Positions 23,440 to 33,425 of a stretch of DNA of 64,000 nt are shown here, piece by piece. The stretch is from the NCBI GenBank assembly GCA_000146045.2, contig BK006945.2:192001-256000 (forward strand), in the 5' to 3' direction. Source of the stretch: TPA_inf: Saccharomyces (Eukaryota). Under the pieces are notes generated by a model. It was given only the letters and a program-made list of their open reading frames with translations, was not told where the DNA came from and searched no databases. A program made the position numbers and the translations under genes. Position 1 is the first letter of the stretch. Each line of letters begins with the position of its first letter.

Positions 23440-26400
23440 CTAATGAATCCATTTGTTTGTTAATAGTTTGAATGTTTTTATCGGAAGAGGTTTGGTCATT
23501 ACGTCTGCAATATTCTTTTTGGTTTCGATATAGCATACGTGCAGATGATTTCCTGATACTTCATCTCTTAGTCTCATTGCTTTAGTACCAAAAAATCTGT
23601 TTCTAAATTTCTCTTCATTATTGGATATAATTATACTGATTGTAGATTTACTGTCGGTTAGTAATCCTTTAGTAATTGGTTTCTTGTTAAGTTCTTGCAC
23701 AAGGTGACTGAGGTTATTTAATAATGGGACAGATTCACTTATCGCGTGTATTTCTGCTTCCGTAGTTGAAGTACATGTTAATGAAGCCTTGGTGGACTTT
23801 CCTCCAATTACTTTTCCATTAAGTAAATATATGTTGCCAATTTGTGATTTATAATACGGTTGGTTACCATACGATGCATCGCTTATAACAACTAATTTAT
23901 TTGTTGGCTTAACAGGTTTGCTTTTGTGCCATATTAATTGCTTATCTCTCGTATTCCATATGAACTGTATCAATTCATATGTCATATCTAACACTTGCTT
24001 GGACGGAAATAGTATATGTTGTGCAAGTGTGTTGATGTAGTATAATAGGTCAAATCTAAATTTATATCCAACATATGATGCTAGACCTATCAGCTTTTGC
24101 ATTTCATGTACCTTCATTTTGTAATCATCTTCTTCTAGCTCTAGTTCTTGCTGGTCTATATATAGACCTGGTTGACCTGGAGCGCTAAGTTTCCTTCCTT
24201 TTGGGTTCAAAGGTACGTTTAGTTTGGGTATTTTTTCAGTTAATGAGTTTTCCATACCTAATTTCATGTATTTACCTCTTTGATATTTGATTTCTAAGCC
24301 AAGTATGTCGTACTGAATTTCGTTATCACTTTCACCCAGATTTATTATCTTTGTATCGTATTGTTTCTTGAGTGTTGTTATGATTTTCTTATTTGCATTT
24401 AAGTCTTTGCTGAACAATATCATATCATCAACGAATAAGCAAATTGTTACTTGACTATTCTTAAATACGCATGACCATCCACGAACTTCTTCCATACCAC
24501 ACTGTTTTATCAGGTATGATTTGATAGTTTCGTACCAGTTCGCTCCACTTTGTTTCAATCCATAAAGTGATTTCTTCAAACGTATTAACTTATCATTCAT
24601 TCCTAAATGTGGTGGAGGTCTTATGTATAGTTCTTCTTTGATGTCTGCATACAAATATGCCGAAGATATGTCTAATTGTGTAATATAGTAGTTATTGTCT
24701 GATGCAAGTGACAGGGATGTCATTAATGCATAGTGATGTACGGTATTGGATTGCATGCCTGGGTCGTAAGTGTCAGGATGTTGAATATCACCTCTTGCAA
24801 CAAATCTAGCTTTATGAGTACCGCCACGTTTCCTGTTAAAGATAAACATTGAATTTATTACTCTTTTGGGGTCTATTTCTTTTCTGTCATAATATCTGTC
24901 AGTGTCCCAAGTTTTCATCTTCAACAGTTGATTGACTTCTTTGTGGTATGCCTGGATATATTTTTCTTTTTCTTTAATATCTTTATTATAGGTGATTGCC
25001 TCATCGTATCGTAAGGTAGTTCGTATTGGTTTGATTGATTTTACTGCTTTTACAGCTGCAATCAGGTGAATTCGTTTCTTCGATCTCGGAGGTTCTAAAC
25101 TACGCATATTCTTAGTATTCCATGTGTCTCGTGATACCTTAATTTCAGTTTCATTATCTTCTAATGATCTTTTCTTACTGTTGATAGTAGTATAGGCATT
25201 AGAGTCACCAATACCACCCAAACTGGAATTAGTTTGATGAGAATTTATCGGTGGGAGTTCTTTAAAGGAGTCTGATAATTCGGTAGGAGGTTCTGGAGGC
25301 AGATCGGGGAGTGGAAGATCAGCGATAATAGATTCCTCTGTATTCTCCTTAGGACAGGTATCTGACGTTTTGATAGGAACGACGTGGTGTAGTGAATTAC
25401 TTTCTGATGAGGAAGTATCGATCGAAGGTGAACGGTGTATGATCCTTTTCTCAGTCTCCTGTTCGCTTGTCTGCGGAACAGTTTTATTATTGGTACCACC
25501 CGTACTGGATATTGGTACGTTTGTATGATTAGTCTCATTGTCACTGTACGAGTCTGAGTGTCTGAAATCTTTAGATTTACTGGCGTGCGACGACTCATGT
25601 GTGTTAGATTGGGACATGGGAGCAAGTAAAGGAACATCTAATCTATGCATACCACCCGAACCGGTACTCTCGATATCGGAAATTTGGGGGGTGCTAGATC
25701 TCTTCTTAGATGGAAGAATATTAGATTCAGATATGTTGGGGTCAACTTCTCTGGGTGCGCGAATATTGGTTTTGGAAACACGTTTCGAATCTTCAGTATG
25801 AGTTGACGGAGGTGTGGAATCGGTTGGACTCACAGCTTTTGAAAGGACATTTCTCGGTTGCTCAGGATGTAGTTCGATGTCAGATTGGAAGTCATGGTCA
25901 GATTCTATGTTAAGATCATCGGATTGTTGGATCTCATTTGACGCAATGAACGATTGATATGAAGCAGTTAAACGGTTTAAGTCTTCATCGAAAGTGAGTG
26001 CGTCGTAATTGAATTGATCTAATCTGGATTCCTTGCCCTGAAGAATAACATAGTTAGTTGTATCTACTGTCTTCTTTAAGGATGGAAGATAGATGATATA
26101 TCCATAAGAGTTTCGAGACGGATGTAGAGCGTAGCCTGGGATGCCACGAGGATGTATTTTGGAGTTAGGGTTGTGATCATTGACGATAACAGGTTGACCG
26201 AAAGGTAACAAAGTACTGATATCAAGTCCTGCCAAGCCAGCATGTTGTCTTGCAGATTTTTTGCTTTTAGGTGAAGCTAGTGAATTTCTCACAATAGTAG
26301 AAAATTCGATTGCAGAGAACCATAAATGGTTCGGTAAACCACTACATTGCAGTTGAGTACGGCAGTCATCTAATAAGGTACGGTTGAGCCGTTCAGCGAC

Positions 26401-27402
26401 TCCATGTGCTCGGGAATCCGCTGTGGTTGTATAGCATGGAGTTATACCATTTTTTTCAAGGAATTTATGGAGAGTTCTGTTAGTATACTCAGAACCACGG
26501 TCCATTTGTATAACCAAGACACTGGCCTGAAACTGGTTTTTAATAAAAGCTAGTATCGTAGTAAAAACATCGAGGATAGAGTCCTCGCGACGGTCGTGTA
26601 ATGGATAAACCCAACGGAATTTTGTTGTCTCATCAGTAAATGAGATGAAATAGGATGGTGCACTTTTTGGTAGGTTGTGAACTGGACCAAATATGTCAGT
26701 ATGTAGGTATTGAAAGGGTTCGTATGAATTTTGGTATTTTAGTCGTGAACCTTTGATATGTCTGTGTTTGGTGCTTTTGCCGATTAAACAATCAGGACAT
26801 TGATAGTCAATAGCACTAGACCAGTCGACATCTGATTCGTTAAAATACGTGATGGTGTTATTTTTAAGTGAGTATCGAATTGTCTGTGCATTGGCATGCG
26901 CAAGCATTCGATGAATGAAAGGATAAGGATATTTGCGTGTACTTTCACTTGTATGGACATTATTGATGGTGGGTACGGAGATATTTGATGGAAGCAAGTA
27001 CTTTTTAGATACCCAGTAAAAGTCTCCATATTTTACGATAGGTGCAAGTACAGTGCCGTCAGACCGTTCTAAGACGTTTTTGGTAAAGCATGCTGTGATA
27101 TCTACTGCAGCCAATTCATTCAAACTGAGTAAGTCATAGGCTATGTTAGGAGTGTGCAATACCTTTATTGATGTTTTGGTGTTGTCCTGGAAGTGAAATT
27201 GTAGGTCACCAATAGCGTTAATTGGTATATTTCTTTTTTGAGCATCAACTACGTTTATGTCAGGATTAGATGATGCTGAGTGTATGTGATGAGCAGATCT
27301 TATAAGGGTTCGTGATGCTCCTGAATCGAGAAGGAGGTGTCCAGGGAGTTCATCATCAGAATGATTAGTATGATTTACTGTAGATTCAGTAAGTTTCTGG
27401 CC
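23440..27402 (-). CDS. TYB: Ty1 TYB (Pol: protease, integrase, reverse transcriptase/RNase H), expressed as a TYA-TYB fusion after a +1 frameshift
   Basis: The pol frame is open from the frameshift site to a stop at 23440, just inside the 3' LTR junction, about 1320 codons. Integrase (HHCC..D,D..E) and reverse-transcriptase (YVDD-like FVDDM) regions are recognisable in the translation. The ORF-track M at 27159 is internal. Confidence 0.88.
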
Positions 27403-28708
27403 TAAGATGAAGGTCGTGCTTATTGTTCAATTGAATCGGTTCAGTAGTTGATTTACTGATGGAATCGTTGTCCGTGCTGGGAGAGTTATTAGATGTGGAT
27501 ACATTGTGAGCCCTGGCTGTTTTCGATTTCGAATTATTTGTTTTTTGAGGATTCCGAGCTATAACTTTGGGTTTGGTTGTATTCGTATAGCTGCGAGAAT
27601 CATTCTTCTCATCACTCGGATTTCTCCTGTAATTAGGTTTGCTGTTTCTCGATCCCTGTTGTTCTTCATAAATAGCATGGATATCTAAGAACAGTTCAGC
27701 GACTGTCATATTTAGATGTCGATGACGTGTGTAGCGTAAAAATTTATATTCGCCAGATAGACCTCTCATAATTAATTGGCATGCGACCTTGTTATTGATA
27801 TGAATGCCATTATTGTTCAGTCTGTCGATAATGTTTGTGACTTTTGTTTCAAATGCATCTGCAGGTGTACTGCCATTATATTGCAAATTTGCCAGGGTCA
27901 CAATGTCGTTTGCCTCTTGGGTATCAGATTGCATTTTTTCAATACTTTTGGAAAGAATTTTCATGATATCCGTATAATCAACGGATAGGATGTCTTTGAC
28001 CCAGGTAGGTAGGAATTGAGAGGGAGCAAATATTTGAAAAGTGTTATACAAGAAGGTGAGTTCATCATCAGTGATCTGACGTACGGGTTTTCCGTTTACT
28101 GTCGGAATAATACCACCGAGATTCGAGTTTTGTAAAAATTTGATGTATGTTTTAACCCAATTTGGAAAATCATTAGGTGAGGTTAACATTGGTGGTGGTC
28201 TGACATATTTTTTAGTGGATGTCATATCAGAGTCCGCTGAGGATGAATCAGTAAATGTATTACCTGACTCAGGTGATGGAGTGCTCAGAGGCGTTCCAAC
28301 TGATGATGGATACTGCGGAAACTGTGATTGTGGCCCAGGTGGAAAGTACATAGGCGACATTTGATAAGGTGTATACGGAATCATAGATGGGTGTCCGTAA
28401 AATGACCAACCAGATGGATTGGCTTGGTTTTGGGTCATCATGCACTGCTGTGGGTACGGCCCATTCTGTGGAGGTGGTACTGAAGCAGGTTGAGGAGAGG
28501 CATGATGGGGGTTCTCTGGAACAGCTGATGAAGCAGGTGTTGTTGTCTGTTGAGAGTTAGCCTTAGTGGAAGCCTTATCATATTCTTGAATTTTGGAAGC
28601 TGAAACGTCTAACGGATCTTGATTTGTGTGGACTTCCTTAGAAGTAACCGAAGCACAGGCGCTACCATGAGATATATGTGGGTAATTAGATAATTGTTGG
28701 GATTCCAT
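27386..28708 (-). CDS. TYA: Ty1 TYA (Gag capsid protein)
   Basis: 440 aa, starting [45 protein letters not shown]..., which is characteristic Ty1 Gag. The ATG lies inside the 5' LTR at 28706-28708, as in Ty1. Confidence 0.92.
27400..27406 (-). promoter_or_regulatory. Ty1 +1 programmed ribosomal frameshift heptamer CUU-AGG-C
   Basis: Plus-strand GCCTAAG is the reverse complement of CTTAGGC. It lies in the 38-nt TYA/TYB overlap, 14 nt upstream of the TYA stop at 27386-27388. Confidence 0.85.
28658..28667 (-). other. Ty1 minus-strand primer-binding site (complementary to the 3' end of initiator tRNA-Met)
   Basis: Plus-strand GGCGCTACCA is the reverse complement of TGGTAGCGCC. It sits immediately adjacent to the internal edge of the 5' LTR (…TCTCA|TGGTAGCGCC). 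Confidence 0.85.
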
Positions 28709-29005
28709 TGTTGATAGAGGCTATAATATTAGGTATACAGAATATACTAGAAGTTCTCCTCGAGGATATAGGAATCCTCAAAATGGAATCTATATTTCTA
28801 CATACTAATATTACGATTATTCCTCATTCCGTTTTATATGTTTATATTCATTGATCCTATTACATTATCAATCCTTGCGTTTCAGCTTCCTCTAACATCG
28901 ATGACAGCTTCTCATAACTTATGTCATCATCTTAACACCGTATATGATAATATATTGATAATATAACTATTAGTTGATAGACGATAGTGGATTTTTATTC
29001 CAACA
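28668..29005 (-). repeat. Ty1 5' LTR (delta)
   Basis: 338 bp and near-identical to the 23080-23417 copy. It contains the TYA start codon. Confidence 0.9.
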
Positions 29006-29010
29006 CTTTC
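29006..29010. repeat. Ty1 target-site duplication CTTTC (right copy)
   Basis: It matches 23075-23079. Confidence 0.85.
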
Positions 29011-29037
29011 ATACGTAACGGGGGTAATATTACTAGC

Positions 29038-29310
29038 TGTTAGAATAAGAGTCAACGATCATAATTGACTAGTAACGCAAATACTACTAAACAGATGATG
29101 TTTTAGAGTTTCATTCTAACAAATTGATAATGTAGTAGAATAATGAATGACAAAGTATAAAAGAAAGGAAGACAAAGTGATTTTATTATCAGAACTATCA
29201 ACTCCCTTTCGTGAATTCCAAGACTGTTGAGGAGAACTTCTAGTATATTTTGTATACCTAATATCAACAACGAAATCCCAACAATTAATACGAAGTTCAC
29301 CCATTTTCTG
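29038..29310 (+). repeat. degenerate solo delta LTR, in the opposite orientation to the Ty1 element
   Basis: It starts TGTTAGAATAAGAGTCAACGATCAT... (compare TGTTGGAATAGAAATCAACTATCAT) and ends ...GAGGAGAACTTCTAGTATATTTTGTATACCTAATATCAACAACGAAATCCCAACAATTAATACGAAGTTCACCCATTTTCTGA (compare the delta 3' end ...AATCCCAACAATTATCTCAACATTCACCCATTTCTCA). It is about 273 bp and diverged, so it is an old insertion. The boundaries are approximate. Confidence 0.75.
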
Positions 29311-29520
29311 ATAATTGTTACGTGCAAATAATAGAACTACTTTTGTCGAGGTGTAATCTCGTATTCAAACTATATAGTAAATTATTCTCAATGGTCGAGT
29401 AATGCAAGAAGATGATATTGAATACTTTGCGTAACTTTACCAATTATCCAATATGCAACAGTAAAATGATACCTTCACATTTCAAGCTAATTCCAAAATA
29501 ATACATATTAGGTAAAATCC

Positions 29521-30132
29521 TCAATTTAATTGCCCGGTTTTACCTTCAGACATCGCTCCCTTTCCATTGACACATCTATACCCTTCAATGAACCCGCTAT
29601 GTAATATCAACGCATCGTAAAAATAGAATAATAATGCAGTAGTACATATCCAGCCTAGCTGCAATCTAAATAGCTGTGATAGTCGGTGTAAATTAATAGT
29701 TTGGTCAGTTTTAAAAAAAAACCTAATTTTGGTACAAAAGTAGAAGCTGAAAGCAGTCATTGATACCAATAACAAATACTTTAGCTGAAACCATTTAGGA
29801 TACTTTTTTCTGGCAGCACAGCTGGGACATACTACCTTCGAACATCTCTTTGGCTTTGTTTTATTTTCATTTTTAAAATGACCGTTCTTTCGATATAAAA
29901 AGAAAACTATAATAACGAGGGAAATTGTTACCGCCCCCAGAATCATATCTATGATCTTAATGATGATTGCTTTTGGGTACTTTTCAATCAAATTATCTAC
30001 TGATGGCACCATAAAACAATTTATAAAATAAAGGCTACAAACGGCCTTTGTTAATTTTTCTATAATTAATAAGGAATTAGACTTTGGGATCTCATCTTGG
30101 CTTTCTGTCGCACTAAGTTCTGCCTCTTTCAT
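29521..30132 (-). CDS. uncharacterised small membrane protein YLR036C, 203 aa
   Basis: ATG at 30130-30132. There are two or three predicted transmembrane segments (AVTISLVIIVFFL, LLVSMTAFSFYF, WICTTALLFYFY). Length and position match YLR036C. Confidence 0.7.
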   Translation of the reverse strand: MKEAELSATESQDEIPKSNSLLIIEKLTKAVCSLYFINCFMVPSVDNLIEKYPKAIIIKIIDMILGAVTISLVIIVFFLYRKNGHFKNENKTKPKRCSKVVCPSCAARKKYPKWFQLKYLLLVSMTAFSFYFCTKIRFFFKTDQTINLHRLSQLFRLQLGWICTTALLFYFYDALILHSGFIEGYRCVNGKGAMSEGKTGQLN

Positions 30133-30684
30133 TATTTCCTATACTTTGAAGGAGAAAGTAAACTTTAACGGCAAGTTCCTGTCTTAACTACCTTTTAGTT
30201 CTCGTGTGTTGTGAAGGGCCTTTGAGGAAAAACTCGAAAGTTTGTTCCGTACTTTTAAACTTTCAATTTTTTACCAAAAAGGCTATTTACCGCTTTATGG
30301 GAAGATCATGGCAAGTCAAATCCACGTTAAATGGAACAAGATTAACTTGCCACAGATCAAATGCTGAATTGAAGAGAAGTTTTAAGCATTAAGATTCTTA
30401 ATATGATCATTAATATATCAGTACGTGTCTCAACTGGAATCGTATAAGGTTCTTGTAAGTACAAATTGTATGCAGAAATTTAAATGCGAGAACAAAACTT
30501 GAATCTCCCCCCGCATTTAAAAAATATCTTTTTGAACACAGTGCAACTGATTAAAAGTACCTGTAATACATATATATGTTTGTATACGTATGTATATCTA
30601 ATTATTTCTTACCGTCAAATCATAATTATTTTTATCCGTTCGTAAAGCAATCCAGTGCTAAATACCAATTGTGAGGCCATCGGC

Positions 30685-31059
30685 TTAGTTTGGAACAGCA
30701 GTGTAGATACCGTCCTTGGATAGAGCGCTGGAGATAGCTGGTCTCAATCTGGTGGAGTACCATGGGACACCAGTGATGACTCTAGTGACTTGATCAGCGG
30801 GAATACCAGTCAACATAGTGGTGAAATCACCGTAGTTGAAAACAGCTTCAGCAATTTCAACTGGGTAAGTTTCAGTTGGATGAGCAGCTTGGAACATATA
30901 GTATTCAGCCAAATGAGCTCTGATATCTGAGACGTAGACACCTAATTCGACCAGGTTAACTCTTTCGTCAGAGGGAGATAAAGTAGTGGTGGCTGGGGCA
31001 GCAGCGACACCAGCAGCAATAGCAGCGACACCAGCAACAATTGAAGTTAGTTTGACCAT
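30685..31059 (-). CDS. PAU23: seripauperin (PAU/DAN family cell-wall mannoprotein)
   Basis: 124 aa: [124 protein letters not shown]. It has a signal peptide followed by the conserved PAU domain. This is YLR037C, also called DAN2. Confidence 0.9.
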   Translation of the reverse strand: MVKLTSIVAGVAAIAAGVAAAPATTTLSPSDERVNLVELGVYVSDIRAHLAEYYMFQAAHPTETYPVEIAEAVFNYGDFTTMLTGIPADQVTRVITGVPWYSTRLRPAISSALSKDGIYTAVPN

Positions 31060-31323
31060 TTTTTTCGATTGAACTTTTGTAGATCTTTTTAGTGAAGATG
31101 TGAGCTCACTCGAATGTAAATAACAATGCCAAATTGTCGGAAAGAGTTAATCAAAGCTGCTCTATTTATATGCCGTTTTTTAATAAGCGACGGACGAACA
31201 GATAAATTGTTGAATAGCTATTTCACTGCTGATATTTCTCTTACTTGGGCTCCCCTATCCCATACTCTTCACCACTACAAATATGCAGTTGCCCTTTCTT
31301 CAACAATGCTTTTTTTATAGATC

Positions 31324-31330
31324 TCGTATA
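31324..31330 (+). promoter_or_regulatory. sterol regulatory element (SRE, TCGTATA), a Upc2/Ecm22-type site in the PAU23/DAN2 promoter
   Basis: An exact TCGTATA heptamer about 265 bp upstream of the PAU23 ATG. A TCGTTTAG (AR1-type anaerobic response element) also occurs at 32255-32262 in the same long upstream region. DAN/PAU genes are anaerobically induced through Upc2. Confidence 0.45.
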
Positions 31331-32920
31331 CGGATCCGCGCCTTTGTACTACCTATATCTTATTATGATATATACAGGAGCACAGGAATGTTCGGTACAG
31401 GGATGATACCTTTAAAGGAAGTTTTGGCATGCCTTGACAACTTCAATTAATCTTTGGCCAAGAAAATGAACCAGAAATCAAATTTTATTCTGTGCCCTCT
31501 GAACGAGGGCAATATCCAATGTTTGACACTAAACGGTTGTCAGGAGAAAAATTGAATGTTTCCCAAATCAGAAACATTAAAATCCCTCTATATGATCAGA
31601 GGAGTCGTACCTGTTAGGGTATGAGCGAGGAAACGTGATTGAGAGTTATAAACTGACCATACGAAGAGTTACGGCCATTGATTGGGTTCATGACACCCAG
31701 GGAAGTTTCTTTTGGATTAAAATCACAAGTCTTGCAATTGCTGTATGTATTGCATGAGTGAAGTAGTTGGCATCTAATGGATACCCACTTAGGGAGTTTA
31801 TGGATGAATCTTGTCTTCATAGGGTAGCTCGAGAGTGTTTTTTAATCTAGTGATATCCACTTAGCTAAGCGCGGCTGGAGATACAATATTTACAAAGGCA
31901 ATTTCAAAAGTAGGAGCGTTTTCAAAGGCCTGCTCCATTCTCCGTTGAGGTAGTAGAAGCAAATATAAACGGTTAATCTTGCTGTTTTCCTTGTTTTGTC
32001 TGTTGGTTTTCACTTGCTGAAGCCTGTGGTTCAACAGTACTCGGAGAATCGGCCTTATCTAGTCTCCTTCTGACCTGTAATGCGTAAAATTACGACAAAC
32101 GTATTTCGTGAAACAATTGATAGGAAAATTGTCATTTGCTTGTTAAGGCAGTGCATTGAGGCTCTTTAAAGGTACTTTAGAAGTTTATGTTACTATCCTT
32201 CTAGCCTGATAGAACAATAAGTAAAGAATTGACATTCAGAAATCAGCCATCATTTCGTTTAGTAGTAGCAATCGCAAGTAGTGACTGTAAGAGATAGAAA
32301 TGTGTACTTCAGTCTGGAACTGGGGCGCTTGTGAAGGATGTGTGCCGATCTCAGGCTGTTGATGAAGGTCTCTTCAAATACTATATTATTATCTTTTAGT
32401 AGGTCCCAGGAAGTGCCTTATTCTCAACATGTTCAGCGTTTATCTTTCTCAGCCTGAATGTATTTCAAACGATGACTAGAAGAGATTAGTACCCCTTATA
32501 TAATCCTCGAAAATGTTGCTATCTCAGTGAATTGAAAGTTCATGCTGACGTCTTTATCAGCGTTATCCATTGCCTTGTTCTTTTCAGTGCAGTGGCAGAT
32601 GTTACGAGGGTCAAATAATTTTTGAATATATATAGAAATGGCTACTTACTATAATTAAAAATAAATATGAAAAATAAAACTTCAGTACCCCACATCATTC
32701 TCATTTTTTTCTGTTTGTTTGATTTTTAGGAATTTGGCTCCATCATGAACATTCGTTAGCGTATGATATCACTTTTTCATTATCTCCTATTGTTACTTTA
32801 CTTTTCATATAGATATCCTTCATCCCGTGTAGGTCTACTACGCAAAAATGAATTCTAGTAATTAATAATAATGATATAAAAAAGGCTAAGTGCACATTAC
32901 TAAAAACGAAACTAAGATCC

Positions 32921-33172
32921 TTAGTCTGAGTTGATATCACCTGCGAAAATACCTTTTTCTCTTTGATCATCCCATTTTTCGATCCAGTCTAGGGGACATA
33001 AGGCGTTATAGGTCTTCCAAAAGACCTTGCACGGAGCAAAATCTTCGCCCTTCATATTAACACACTTGTGATAATCCACATAAGATTGCCAACAATGCTT
33101 TGTTTGGTTTTGTTGGGGAAATCTAGCATCGAAACCAACTGTATGTAGTGGAGAGTTTTCTTGATCAGCCAT
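32921..33172 (-). CDS. COX12: cytochrome c oxidase subunit VIb
   Basis: 83 aa: MADQENSPLHTVGFDARFPQQNQTKHCWQSYVDYHKCVNMKGEDFAPCKVFWKTYNALCPLDWIEKWDDQREKGIFAGDINSD. It has a CX9C-CX10C twin-Cys fold. I recognise the sequence. Confidence 0.92.
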   Translation of the reverse strand: MADQENSPLHTVGFDARFPQQNQTKHCWQSYVDYHKCVNMKGEDFAPCKVFWKTYNALCPLDWIEKWDDQREKGIFAGDINSD

Positions 33173-33425
33173 GTCTATTATACTGTATTTATGTGCTTGT
33201 TCCTATTTGTGAAAGCAAAGATACTTTATGTATTCTTACTAAAATATTTGTATATCTCTGCTAATCATTTTAATGCAACTTTTCTATCTGGTGCATCTTT
33301 CATCACCTTTTAAAGATCCTGAAGGGATGGGGATATCGGGCAAAACTACGCGCGACGCATTTCTGAAAATTGATTGGTCAATGTTATGAAGCTATATGGT
33401 AAAGAATACATGGTGTCATATAGAT

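Larger units (their letters stand above)
23080..29005 (-). mobile_element. YLRCTy1-1: full-length Ty1 LTR retrotransposon (Ty1/copia type), 5926 bp, in minus orientation
   Basis: Two 338-bp delta LTRs (TGTTGGAATA...TCTCA in element sense) flank intact TYA and TYB reading frames. It has a primer-binding site, a polypurine tract, the +1 frameshift heptamer and 5-bp CTTTC target-site duplications. It is inserted 124 bp upstream of the 5' end of tRNA-Ala, the classic Ty1 preference for sites upstream of Pol III genes. Confidence 0.95.

Noticed and set aside
23339-23536. Small ORFs inside the Ty1 LTRs and internal region (for example 23339-23536, 25245-25637, 26784-27029)
   Set aside because: They are chance frames within or antisense to Ty1 TYB/LTR sequence.
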